44,106 nucleotides of DNA from Folioceros fuciformis (lineage: Eukaryota): contig JBNGIO010006163.1 of NCBI GenBank assembly GCA_049999805.1, positions 1 to 44,106 on the forward strand, in the 5' to 3' direction. Positions within the stretch are counted from its first letter, which is position 1. Every line of letters starts with the position of its first letter. The notes under the pieces are model-generated. The model searched no databases. It saw only the letters and a program-made list of their open reading frames with translations, and was not told the DNA's origin. Shown piece after piece: positions 1 to 12,100 of the stretch. Made by a program: the position numbers and the translations under genes.

Positions 1-120
1 TGCAGAATTCAACCCTAGGTTTTATGGGGCTATTGATATTTTCAAAGTGGATTCAGTACAAGACCTCATTCTCATTATTTTACGACGTACGCCTTCCGCG
101 GGTAATGAGTTTTTGTAAGT

Positions 121-557
121 GAATTTCAAGTGGGTGACAAGGTTTGGGTAAAGTTGAAACACTTCCCAGTACCTCAAGGATTGTCCCCAAAGTTAAGGCC
201 TAAGTATGGAGGTCCTTTCGTAGTTCTGAAGCGCATTGGAACAAACTGCAACTGCCTAATTGAATCTTCTCTCATGATGTGTTTCATGTCTCTTTGCTGA
301 AACCGTTTGTGATTTCGAAAGAGAATGAAGACATGAACAGGAAAGACTATGTTATCCTGGTTCAATATAACCATAGTCTGCAAGAGATTGTTGAATTTCT
401 AGCAGAAAGAGAAGTGCCTTCTGTCCGTGGTAATGTTCTAGAGTATCTAGTAAGACTTTGTGGGTTTCACTTCAAGATGTGCAACAAGGATCATGGATGA
501 TCTCACGTGTTATACTGTAGGTCATTGAGGTTGACATCTTCCTAGTGGGGGAGAGAG
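121..557 (+). mobile_element. Ty3/gypsy LTR retrotransposon 3' coding remnant (integrase C-terminal GPY/F region, chromodomain-like tail) and polypurine tract
   Basis: Frame from 121 reads EFQVGDKVWVKL...KLRPKYGGPFVVLKRIG. After a frameshift it reads (H)DVFHVSLLKPF...EIVEFLAERE...LEYLVR, the usual order of the integrase GPY/F region and chromodomain in chromoviruses. Purine tract GTGGGGGAGAGAG at 545-557. Confidence 0.8.
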
Positions 558-1295
558 TAATGGCATAAGGTGGCATAAGTGAAATAAGGTGAAAGTTAAA
601 AGTAGAAAGGTGAAAGCTAAATCTAGAGCTGTCTTGATGAAGAAGCAAGTATGCTTCTTGCTGCCTTTGGAAACAAAATGTGTGTTCCAGGCAAAACCTC
701 TTAAGAAGGATGGAGTTGTAATGACCACTAGTATTCTAGGATGAGTGGTGTGTATCATTCCCAGCTTTAGCAGTGGCTTAGTTGTGGAGTATAAATAGGC
801 TAGTGTTAGGTTCTTAAGGATACTGTGATACACTGATACACAAAGAGGCAGACAATGAGAAGTCTAGCCTTGAGGCATAGCTGTGGAGGGCTTGACTAGC
901 AAGCTTGTCAGATAGAGTCTAGGGCAGTAGCCAGTGGGGCGTAGATCGCCAGACTCTTTTGTAAGTATTCGGAATAAAGAGCAACACCTAGAGGAGGTGG
1001 TCTGCGAGTCGTCAGTGGACGGCGGGCTACTTGGAGCCTAGTGCTGAGTCGTGTGAGAAGGAGTGAGTGATTTGTAAGTGGAGCGCTGCGGAGTGGTTAG
1101 ACGAGATTCGAGGCCGTTGCTTCCTCTAACGCTACACACGGAAGGGGGCGTTACTCGAGTGAGTGTTTTTCATTTTTGCAATTGGCGGAAATATGCATGC
1201 AATCCAACCAAGATTTGGAGCCCTTGCGGGGTTAGCGCTACCGCAATTGCGATAGCGTGAAGGAGACACTCTAATTTGTGCTGGACGTCGTGAAA
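558..1295 (+). repeat. Probable 3' LTR of the gypsy element
   Basis: Starts right after the polypurine tract, contains TATAAATA (790-797) and ends near GACGTCGTGAAA. No second copy is in the window, so the ends are approximate. Confidence 0.5.
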
Positions 1296-1343
1296 ACAAA
1301 AGTACATATGTCACCCTCGTCAAGACGCTTGCTGATCCTATCT

Positions 1344-2072
1344 TGGGCTGTGTTTGTGGCTTGTTTAGGAAGGGATGTATTGCTTGAACCCTGGGCAAAT
1401 ATGCATTTGTTTTAGTGCGGTGTGATTCAGTTTCTATTGCAGTGTGGGAGAACGTAAGAGGAGGCATCAGACTAGACCAGACCAGACCGGGAGAGTGAGT
1501 GCAATGAGAACTGTAAACCCACAGGAGGGCTCTTGCTGCTCTTCTCACACCCCCCTCCTACGGGACTGCGCCTACTTTGTTGTCGACTGCTGTGGTGTCT
1601 TCCAGGTCCCTGCATTTTGCGCGACTTGTGTCGTGCAGGTCACTATGTGGCCTGGCAAGCATCTAGGTACTCCCTTCATTCAGCGGGTGCAGGTTCGCAG
1701 ATCTGGGTATCTCCTCTCTCAGGGATGGGATGCGCTGGAAGCTGACAGTTTGGATAGGTAGGAGAGGCGGCTGTCATCTCAGGGCAGCAGCACATCAGCT
1801 GTGCGTGTGACCAATGCTGAGTCCAGAACTGAAGATGTGAGGAAGAAGAAAGGGGAAGCGGACTCTCCGCGACAGAGGACTTGAGAACCATAACTGGACT
1901 GTTCGCCTGAATTTTGACAATCCTTCTAGCCACCTCCATGTTGATCCTCTTCCCGAGCATCATTGTTGCAGAGAAGGCAAGATTGAGCAAAAGCGAGGCA
2001 ACAAATCGGGACCGAAGCCCGTTCTTCTCCTCTCGATACAACTGCGTAACCGTGTGTCCCCTAGCACGCCTG
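1344..2072. repeat. Duplicated host segment, copy 1 (uninterrupted); its right part is an antisense copy of TAA exon 1
   Basis: Aligns by eye with 8783-9111 + 14002-14171 + 20585-20936 once the two copia elements are removed. Confidence 0.9.
1850..2072 (-). pseudogene. Fragment of TAA exon 1 (N-terminal transmembrane-coding part), inverted
   Basis: Minus-strand translation REEKNGLRSRFVASLLLNLAFSATMMLGK...VLKSSV matches REEKNALGFWFVASLLLNLAFSAAMMLGK...VLKSSV at about 29690-29890. Confidence 0.9.
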
Positions 2073-2361
2073 CTAAACCCTAAACCCTACCCGTAGCAAT
2101 TCATTTCTTGCTGATCATGAGGGTGTGTCTGGAGTTGCCTCTTGGATTTGAATTCGAGCCCATGACATTGAGCAAGGCTGTAGCAAAAACACACCCTCCT
2201 CGAAAGCACCAGTGTCTTGCATTGCAATGATGGTTCAATCACCGTAGCAGCTCGGATGGGAGTGGAGCAACACGCACACCTACCAACTTGGTAGCCAGAT
2301 CTCGCCTACTGCACAAATAGTTGCCAGGTTTTGTGTGCAGTAGGTCTTGCTTAGTCCTATG

Positions 2362-2453
2362 CTGAACAATCCCTCTACCTGTTCTGAACAACCCCTCTAC
2401 CTGCTCTAAACGACCCCTCTACCTGCTATGAACGACCCTTGTACTTGCTCTGA
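2362..2453. repeat. 22-bp minisatellite, about 4 copies
   Basis: CTGAACAACCCCTCTACCTGCT-like units start at 2362, 2384, 2406 and 2428. Confidence 0.9.
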
Positions 2454-3288
2454 TATCTAACCACATGACTACACCTCCAAATGAAAACCAAACTTAGTCC
2501 AAACACAAAATCTTGACATGGCTTTCTTCGTCTTTCTCCAAACCACAACGAGAACAATGGCAGTGGCTCCAGTCGTGGGAGGCCCGGGGTGGGGCTCGCG
2601 GCCTCGCAAGCTGCTGCCTGGGGTGAGGCTCGCATGCACTTGAGAACTAGGCAGCGCATGGAGAACCAGGCATTTGATGTGGATGCACGTTGCTCCCCTT
2701 TGCTTGCAGGAATCGATTTTCACACGTATGGAGCTCCGAATCTAATCAGTATTCATCAAAATGCATGAATTTAATTGTGTAGATGCAAAACGACCATATT
2801 TGGTTATTCCAACCCTTGAGCTGCCTACTTTATTTAGGTGAAGCCTTGGCTCATGCCTTACAAGGGGCGACGGAGCTGACATCATTGGGATCTCCGGGCC
2901 TGCACATCCACCATAGGCTCCTTTCTTTATCATTGTGTATGCTAAAAAATTGAAGCTGCGTAATTTCATGACAAGCTGGCCTAGCCAACAGCAAGCACCA
3001 GCATTGTCCGCATGACATCACAGGTTTCGCTTGTATCAACCTTTTGCACGTGTAGACCGTGAAGATGGAGGGAGCTGTGTATCATAACTTTGATCAAAAG
3101 CTTAAGCGATCGCCCATGTTCACAAAGCCAGGTAGTAGGTTAAACTTCATCAGTCACAAAGGAGCTCTTGGAGCGTATATTTGCATGCATATCCTACCAT
3201 CCACAACCCCTTAGCACACCATTGGTGCTCAGTCTTTCTAAACTCAACCGTGGTTCAGTCACCCTAATAGCTCGTATGGGAGTGGAGC

Positions 3289-3585
3289 GACACGCACACA
3301 CATCTGCCAACTTGGCAGCCACATCTCGCCCTGCTACACATGTGGTTGCAATAGCAAGCTTGACTTGTATATGTATCATATGGTGAGAAAGTAACTGCTC
3401 AAGAAAAAAGTGAGAGATGCAAAAGAATGTACATTCCAAAGACACGCACACCTGCCAACTTGGCAGCCACATCTTGCCTGCTACACATGTGGTTGCAATA
3501 GCAAGCTTGACTTGTATATGTATCATATGGTGAGAAAGTAACTGCTCAAGAAAGCGAGAGATGCAAAAGAATGTACATTCCAAAA
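3289..3585. repeat. About 150-bp tandem duplication, with a more diverged partial copy at about 2230-2325
   Basis: GACACGCACAC...GAATGTACATTCCAAA occurs at 3289-3440 and again at 3441-3585. Confidence 0.9.
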
Positions 3586-4440
3586 AAATGAATGGATCGC
3601 TCATGGAAGAGAAAGGTGCACGTATGTACACATGACGTACACGCGAGGCATGAGTGAGGAGATTCCCAAAGCAAGGATGTATCTCTTTTGGTCACTCGTC
3701 CTCCGTGGATGACTAGAACATAATGGAGGATGACTAGAGCATATGTATTTCATATTCTCCTTGTTGTGTTCTCTTTTTCTTCAAGCTGGTTGTGGCTCAC
3801 CTCAATGGGCAACGTTTGAAGAGAAGGAATAGAATCTATGATCTACATGTAGAGATGATGGAGAAAGAAGGAACTAGTTCAAAAGAGAAGAGAAGCATCT
3901 TAATGATAACCCTAACCAAAGCTCTTTTTATGCATCATATTGGAAGAGCTCTAAACCAATTAGATAGAAAGAAGGAGGAGAAACAGTATGTACGACGCAT
4001 ATTTGAAGTGGTTATAATTATGTTTAGGGTTTAGGCGGCCCAGACAGCGGAACTATTAATATAAAGGTATTTCCGTGGCTCCGGCCGGCTTTGGCAACCG
4101 GCTGCCTGATGCCTCATTCTTTTTCTTCTCTTTTCTTTTTGGATGACGGATAGCGAGTGCCAATGATGTAGGGCGGGCCGGCACCTGACGCCATCCCGTT
4201 AGTGTTGGTGGGTGAAGAAGAGGGTGCAAGTACAGCCCAGACGGGCCAGGGGAGGACGCTCCTACCCGGTACCGGGTACCACCGGTACCCGGTGCCTGGT
4301 GCCGGGCCTCCTCCATACGGTAGCCCCTGCATCTGCTCCTCCTCTTCCTCCTCCTCCTTGTTTACTTTCATGGGTCTAGCAGTAGACGCAGGAGTTTGGA
4401 AATTCAATCCCCCCGCCCCCCGGCTGCAGCAAACAACAAC

Positions 4441-4487
<47 letters not shown>

Positions 4488-4497
4488 NNNNNNNNNN

Positions 4498-4544
<47 letters not shown>

Positions 4545-5518
4545 GAGAGGGAGTAGGGGAGCAGATGCAGGAAACAGCGGTGAATCCCAGACCCACCATC
4601 CTCGGGCGGAAGCCGTGGCATCGGGGATTCGGGAACTGGGCCGGCACCGGACGCCATCCCGTTTGGGTTGGTGCGTGAGGAAGAGTGGGTGTCGTCTGGA
4701 CCACCACTGCAAGCACAGCCCAGACGGGCCAGGGGAGGACCCTGCTTCTCGCTACCGGGTACCGGTGCTGCCCGGTGCCCGGTGCCGGGCCCCCTCCACC
4801 CGTAGCCCCTGCTTGTCCTCCTCCTCCTTCTCGTTCATTTTGATGGGTTTGGCTGTAGACGCAGGAGGAGTCTGGGAATTCAATCCTCGGCCGCGCCCGG
4901 CTGCAGCAGGAAGCATGAAACAGCGCCATCAGAAGCAGGAGCGGGAGCGGGAGTGGGTTGAGGAGGAGATGCAGGAAGGAGCGGTGAATCCCAGCCCCGC
5001 AATCCTCGGCCGGAAGCCGTGGCATCGGGATTGGGGAACTGGGAGCTCGGGACCTGCCGCTTGGCGCCTTTCCCTTTCGCCTTCATGTGCTGCCAGCTCC
5101 GCAAGCCTGGCAGACCACCGCAATCGTGACCTGCTTGATACCCTCCTCTTCCTCCTCGCCCTTCACCTCCTCCTCCTCTTCCTCGTCGTACGGCCACGCG
5201 ACACGCGTCCTCCGCGCCCGCTTGCCATGGCTTGCTTATGGTACATGCAAGCCCACCTAGCCGGCAGCTTCGCGGCCTTGGGGTATCATGTACTTCTCGT
5301 ATGAAGCCGGGAGGAAATTTTCAGGCCTCGGATGCGTGAGTTGGCTCCCGTGCAATTCGAGGTGAGGGATGTGTTGATTAGCAGTTGTTTCGTAGGTATC
5401 CCTTCTGGCAAGGCGGGTGCTGTTTTTCATCTTTTCCTAACTCTGTAGCCTACCTTCATCTGGTTCCTTTGCGTATGAAGCTCCTGACATCTTGTCTCCT
5501 CACTCACAAGTGATTATC
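3502..5518 (+). repeat. Segment S copy 1: about 2-kb gene-like segment with an internal ~460-bp tandem duplication and a (GCAGGA)n tract
   Basis: Reverse-complement match to 25430-27524, e.g. GCCATGGCTTGCTTATGGTACATGCAAGCCC and GAAGAGAAAGGTGCACGTATGTACACATGA. Internal repeat units at about 4176-4638 and 4639-5043. Confidence 0.9.
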
Positions 5519-5540
5519 TTCCCCGTCTAAATCTCAGCTT

Positions 5541-6942
5541 TCTCCGTCTCCCTTACTGCGAATCGTGCGCCGGCGGGATGTATGCCTCGGGTGTGGAACA
5601 CGACTGTGTGATTAATGTGGACCAGTAGGTGATGATTCTGAAATAAGCGAGGTATGCAGTCAATCAGTGTCTGTCACGCATGAATCACTCCTTTGTCCTT
5701 GTCCTGCGCTTGTCTATGCTGTGCTTGCAATGGCGGTGCGTTTGCGTCGCTCATGATTGGTGGTGTTGGGCAGCGGGGATCCCAAGATGTACGAGGCCCA
5801 CTGGCAGCTCAAAGGGAAGGAGAGCAGTGTCACCATCCTTGGATGGCAGAAGATGAGCTACTTCGCTGATTTCCAACACTTCTTTCAATTTTCGTGGAGA
5901 AAGACCTGGTGGAGCAGATCCGGCTCTGCATAACGTCGTGGGCAACGCAGTGACAAATTCCGGCTCGGGGAAAGGCATTTTCGATCTGGCCTACTTCTGG
6001 CCCCAGTACACGGCCATCTCCGCTCCTGCCGACCACGACGTCATGCTCTTCACCGTGTCCAAGGCCACGGGCCTGGCAGGCACTAGAATCGGGTACGTAC
6101 ATGGCAGGCATGCATATTGCAGAGCCATCCACCCCCTCAGGGGCTTCTGTTTTCCCCACGCAACGCCACCAACTTTGCTCAACCTTACTTTCTTTCGTAT
6201 TTCTGATGCTGCTCCCATCGCCTGAATTTTTTTTTTTTTTTTTTTGTGCAGCTGGGCGATCGTGAAGGACCAGGCGCTGGCCAGACAGATGGCAACCTAC
6301 ATGGAGGTGGCCAGCATCGGGGTGTCCCAGGACTGCAAGTCCGAGCCACCCAGAGTCTCAAGTTGGTGACCAAGCACGCTACCAAACAGCAGGGCCAACC
6401 CTGCGGTGCATGTGAATTCGATGAAGAAGCTGAGCGTCTTAGATTTCTTGCGGAAGCAGGACATGTTCGGATTCGCGACCTCCGTCATGAACTACCGTTG
6501 GAGGCATCTCCAAAAGGAGCTTCAAGGCAGCAAGAGATTCCGGATCCCGCAATATTCAGTGTCCTGGATACTGCACCTTTTTTGGTCGCGTCACTTACTG
6601 GTACTACCCCTTCTCCGGGTTGGTCTTTCGTCCTGCACATTCTCCTTCGTTTCTTTTCTAATTCTATTCTATTCTATTCTGTGACATGTGCTTTCTGCTT
6701 ACTTGCATGGGTGCCCACCTTACTTGCTACTGCCCTTCTTGTCCACAGTTTTCTTGTGGCTGGAGTGCCTGGTGGAGGAGGAGAACGGCTGGCAGGCACT
6801 GAAGGATGCCGACATCGTGTGCAGGCGTGGAAGTTTGTTCGGAGCGGAGATGAAGATTGCCCGCATCAGCATGGTGGATCGCAATGACGGTTTTGATATG
6901 TTCCTGGCTAGGCTTGCCCACCTCTCCCACCAGCTGGAATAG
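5541..6942 (+). pseudogene. TAA1/TAR-type tryptophan aminotransferase pseudogene
   Basis: Exons and introns 1, 3 and 4 are colinear with the gene at 29592-31684. It lacks the 5' part of exon 1. A ~410-bp deletion joins exon 2 (GNAVT) to exon 3 (NSGSGKGIFDLAYFWPQY) and removes intron 2 and the SPNNPDG motif. Several frameshifts lie at 5815-5925 and 6330-6600. Confidence 0.92.
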
Positions 6943-7059
6943 GTGTGAACCTTTCAATCTAATACTAAGGCAAACAAGCTTAGCAACAAGGCTCGAATGC
7001 CTGGAGGGGGAAGGGAAGCTCCAGGGAAGGGGAGTGGATTGTCAACCCTGAGCTATGCA

Positions 7060-8410
7060 GTGCTCAATGAGAATCACGTAAGTCTGCTGGTCATTGTGAC
7101 AGCCCTAGTCTGACGTGGTAGAAAAACCTGTCGACCTCGTCAGGCAACTCCCTTGCAGCGTACATCTGCAAAGTGGAGTTGTACGTAGATGGTGAAGGCT
7201 AGGCACCTGTGCACTCCGGCTTCTCCAACTATGTATTTTGATAACGGTTTTCATGGCTCGTGCGTTAGGCGACACACCAGCAGCCTCCATAGCAGCAAAT
7301 TTTTCCATGGCTTCCGACCGTCGACCAGCTTTGGCGTGTGCTGTGATCAAGGAGAAGTAAGTCAAAGCACCTGCCTTGACTGAAACCGGCCTTCACAAGC
7401 TCATCAACGCTTTTTGTGCTTTCTCAGGAGATGCCTCCCTAGCACTGATATTCAACATGGTGAAGGAGAAGATTCTGTGGAGGCTCCATTCCCTCACCAG
7501 TCATGTCCTGAACCACAGGAGTAACCCTGGCTAGATTTCCTTGTTTGGAATGATAGTTCATCGGCGACTCAAACATTTCCTTGCTGCGTTTGATACCTGC
7601 CACCTTGAGGTTCTCGAACGATGAATCAGCCCTCTCTCCGAATACAAGGGGCTCCTACGGACTTGTTCAAACGAGCATCAAACAATGCATACTGCAACGA
7701 AGGGGGAGGGTCGTATCCTGGCAGCTGCTTCATCCGATTGAGGATGGTCCAAGCTTCTTCTATGGCAGGACCCAATTTTTCCTCGATATACCTGTTTGTC
7801 AGTGCGAAAAAGGCTGACGGGTCCGGAATTTTCCCGGCATCAATTATCTGGTCATAAAGGTGACGTGCTCTTCTTGGCGTTTCACCTCGTCATAGCATAG
7901 CATGTTTTCTGGGCATCTTTGTATGCAACTGAAGGTCCAACTCATACCAAGGCTGCCCATCATCCACTTCAGAACCTGCACACCAAGGAAATGATAAGAT
8001 ACACAGCAACGCCTTGTCCGACAGTTGATGCGAAAGCCGTAGCATCCTCCTCGTCTACCTGCTCTGGTGGGTGACTTTCGGTGTTGATCCTGGGGGAACG
8101 AATTTCTCGATTTCCATCATTCCTGTCTTCGCGATGTCCCATGCCATCCTGCCTTAGTGAATATCTTGGACGACTCTTACCTCCTGTTCGTTGCCATTCC
8201 ATGCCCATTTGGCATCTAACCTCCCTGCTTCCTTCTCGGATGCAACCCAAGCTCGAAGGGGAGCCTTGACAGGAGCTGGAGGAAGAGTGCTGGCAAACAG
8301 GAATGAGGCGCCACCCATGAACAGCCACGTGCTGCATTGCGTCACTTGTGCCTATTCCACAGACACAAGTCTCGATGCTTCTCCACCTTCGGGAGGTGTT
8401 AGCCATCTAT
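7060..8410 (-). pseudogene. Decayed P-type PPR gene, OTP51-like N-terminal part
   Basis: Broken frames give PPR-like motifs (TYFSLITAHAKAGRRSEAMEKFAAMEAAGVSPN; PSPSTYNSTLQMYAARE). EEDATAF, VLKWMM and LYDQIIDAGKIPDPSAF...IEEAWTILNRMKQLPGY resemble plant OTP51 as I recall it. Many stops and frameshifts. The PPR call is firm; the OTP51 assignment is tentative. Confidence 0.75.
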
Positions 8411-8782
8411 CCAACCAGCGTTTCCTAATATCCGCTGCGAAGTGCAGGATTCATCGAGGCTGTGGGAGGTGAATTTCGGATGCTCTGAATTCAGCGGCCG
8501 CCCTTGTATGTTTCTTAAACCTTACAAAGGGGTTAAGAGAAAAGGGTTTACAGGCACAGGTAGGACTGACTGGAGGACTTTCCCCACCAGGACTGTCTCA
8601 CAGTCGTGGGCGCTTGGCCTTGCTGCAGTTGCACCAAATTGGCGGCGTATCACAGGCCAGAAGAATGGGGTGCTGGTGTTGCTGTGCGATCCGCCTCGTC
8701 AGCGTGCTGCCCATTTTGAGGTTGTGAGAAGTCCAAATAGAATCTGGTGCGGTGTGCTTTCAAATTCACTCGTTGGATTCGG

Positions 8783-9111
8783 TGTGTCTGTGGGGCTTGT
8801 TTAGGGAGGGATGTATTGCCCCCTGGGCAAATCTGCAGTTGTTTTCGTGCGGTGCTGATTCAGTTTCTGTTGCAGTGTGGGAGAACGTAAGAGAGGAGGC
8901 ATCCAGGCCAGACCAGACCAAGAGAGTGGGTGCAATGAGAGCCACAGCAGGGCTGCTGCTGCTCTTCTCACACCCCCCTCCTACGGAACAGCGTCCGACT
9001 CTGTCGTCAGACTGCTGTGGTGTGTTAGAACGTATGGGTCCGACTCTGTCGTCCACTGGTGTGGTGTGTTGGAAACGTATGGGTCCGACTCTGTCGTGGA
9101 CTGCGTCGGTG
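8783..9111. repeat. Duplicated host segment, copy 2, part 1
   Basis: Matches 1344-1597, e.g. TTGCAGTGTGGGAGAACGTAAGAG and GCTGCTCTTCTCACACCCCCCTCCTACGG. Confidence 0.9.
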
Positions 9112-9127
9112 TGTTAGAAATTTATGG
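8993..9127. repeat. 45-bp tandem triplication spanning the host/LTR junction
   Basis: Units start at 8993, 9038 and 9083. Each is about 30 bp of host flank plus TGTT(A/G)GAA(A)..TATGG, the first bases of the copia LTR. Confidence 0.88.
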
Positions 9128-12100
9128 GGTTGGTGCAACATATTTTGCCTTTGGCCGGGGTTGTTCTTCCGATCTCTTTTATATGGAGTGGATAGGACTT
9201 TTCATCTCTTTTTCAATCATAGAAAATATACTTGTTTTCCTGAGTCTAGGGATTATACCCAAAGTTATATAGAATAGAACTCCATGTTTATTTTTTATTG
9301 ACTTATAATTATGCTTAAAGGTTATCTATTTAGGCATGAACTATCAATCTTGTATTGAGATGAGGCTTATCTTGGAGTTTATCTTGGGATTCACCATTTT
9401 TCTAACATGGTATATAGCCCATGTTCTAAATCTCAAGTCCCTTGGCTCAGCACACGCATAGACTACTTGGCACTGACTTGTGTTGGCACTGACTTGTGTA
9501 GGACTATCTCTGCTTCCTTTGCATTGTGTACTGGGCTACGCAAACAATGTGTCTATAAGAGCTTGTCCAAGTTAGAGGAGCTTGGTGATAGATATTAGTG
9601 CAAGGATGTGATCCTGTTTGGCCATGAAGGACAGGAGCATGGAGACACGTTTTCATGAAACTCGTGCGGTGGAGAAGTTCGGAGGCAAGAACTTCACATT
9701 GTGGAAGTTGAAGACGAAGATGCTTCTCATTGAGAAAGGAGTATGGAAATTAGTCGATAAGGGCCTCAATGATATACCCGCAGAAATAAACCTTGACAAG
9801 GATGGACGAGGGTTGGCAACAATTCTGTTGAATGTCTCAGACGACATTCTCTCTCAGTTGAGCGAATGTGCAACGTCGAGAGAAGCTTGGATCACCCTTT
9901 GCAACACATATGAAAAGAGAAGTATGGTGAGTGCGATGCTATTGGAGCAACAACTTGCGAACTTCAAGATGGCCAGAGGTGACACCATTCAATGACATGT
10001 CAACAAGTTGAAGACCTTGGTGGACCAAATAAAGGCGATGGACATCAAATCGACCGACGAAAGGATGCTCATACAGCTGTTGAGTAGCTGACCATCAACT
10101 TACAAGCCCTTCGTGTGGGATTTCAAGACATCAATGGCAATGTGTGCAAGCGACAACCCACCGTCGTTGGTGAGGTGGTTGGGTTGCTTTCGCAGGAGGA
10201 GTTGGAGATTTCACCCAAGCAAGCGAAGACTGATGACGTAGTTCTCTTCTCCAAGAAAGGCAAAGCAAAAGCGAAGTCCAAGCCTAAGGACGAGTATAAG
10301 TCCAAGTCAACGGACGAGACGAAGAAGGACAGTGCTAGCTGTATGGTGAAAGGATCTTGCTATTGTTGCAGGAAGCTAGGTCATCATGCAAAATAATGCA
10401 GAACCAAATTGGCAGACGAGTCAAAAAAGGACAAATCATCTCAAGCCAATCAAGTGAGTAAGCCGACTCAACAGGAACAAACTTTTGTGTGCTCCACGAA
10501 TAGGGATCGAGCTACTTCATCGCAGAAGCATGAGAGTCTTTATCTTGACTCTGGTGCATCTCAACATTTCAGCTACCACCTTCCTTGGTTAACCGGCTAC
10601 ACACGACTGCCAAAGGGCCATACATTGGCACTCGGTGACAATACGCCACATGATATTGAGGGGAAAGGAGTCTTACGAGTTTAGTTGCAGGGCAGAACCT
10701 CATGCACATATTGAGGATGTGCATCATGTACCCAATCTCGCGAGGAATCTTCTTTCTATCGCGTGGATTGTAGATGTAGGTCATGAAGTTGTGTTCAACT
10801 CTGCAAGAAGTCGCATCCAACCTGTACAACCTGAGCCGTCACACGAGGCTGCTCGGGGTGTTCGTGTGGGCAATCTGTACAAACTTTGTGCTTCCCTAGG
10901 ACAGCAAGCTTGTACGTTCCTGACCAGTTCACACGACAACATTGGGTCTATCGACTTATGGCATCAACGTTTGGGCCACATCGGAGCAGACAAACTCAAG
11001 GTGATGAAGACTCGCGACATCGTGACCGGCTTGGATTTGAAGGAGATCACTGCGACACGGTAATGCCCAAGATGTCAGATGGGGAAGCTACATCGCACAA
11101 AGTTCCCTAAAACCGCGGCACATCGCACGCAGAAGGTATTGGAATTAGTCCACACTGACGTGAGTGGGCCCATGAGGAACCCTACCCAAGGTGGGAACCG
11201 CTACATGCTCATCTTTGTTGACGAAGGTGTGGACTTACCTTTTGAAGAAGAAATCTCAGGTGTTCTAAACTTTCAAGGACTGGAAGACTTCGGTCAAGAC
11301 CGAACGTGATGAACCCCTTAAGATGCTTAGGAGCGATAATGGAGGGGAATATGTTTCTTCTCAGTTCCAGGTTTTTTGTAAGGAGAACGGCATTCAACAG
11401 CAACTCATGATTCTGCACACTCCACAACAAAATGGAGTTGCAGAACAGAAGATACGGAGCCTTGTGGAAGCAGCCAAGTGCATGTTGTTTCACAGTGACT
11501 TGCATGTCAATTTTTGGTGAGAGGCTGTTGTGACAACAACCTACGTGTTCAACAGAGTTTCGACAAAGGCCATACTTGGTATGACACTAAAGGAAGCATG
11601 GTCTGGTATCAAACCCGATGTTTGACTTTTTAGGGTTTTTTGGTTCCGTGGTCTACGCTCATGTTCCGCAGGCAAGTCAGACCAAATGGAATCCTAATGG
11701 TCCAAAGTGTCTCATGCTTGGCTATTCCGATGTAGTGAAAGGTTATCGGTTATACAATCTTACTACAAAGAAGATCATTTTTTGCAGGGATGTTGTTTTT
11801 CAAGAGGTTGCCGAGGCTACAAATGGAGTGGGAGCTTCATCTCCTCCCTTGCTGGCTCCCTCCAGGTTTGCCGAAGACTATGGTGTGATTTCCGCTCCGA
11901 TGCCTATCAACTCTTCTCAACCTTGCGACATAGGGGGGGGAGGGAGACACACTCATGATGTCACTGTAGTTGGAGTCTTACCCCCAGCCGCAGGTGCAGA
12001 ATGCGACATCGAGGGGGGAGAGAGATAAACTCCTGATGTTACTAAAGAAGTAGAAGAAGACTATCGAGTTACAGGACCGCAACTAGCGTTACGCATATCT

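Noticed and set aside
2740-3140. Possible coding relic (GEALAHALQGATELTSL, LRR-like)
   Set aside because: A single short motif with no supporting neighbours; it cannot be assigned without a search.
4114-5304. Long ORFs (about 300 aa) on both strands of segment S
   Set aside because: They run through an N gap and a hexamer repeat, resemble no known protein, and their frames are not conserved in copy 2.
8993-9127. CRISPR-like array
   Set aside because: The units are directly adjacent with no unique spacers, there are no cas genes, and the context is eukaryotic. It is a junction tandem repeat. The same applies to 2362-2453 and 27650-28130.
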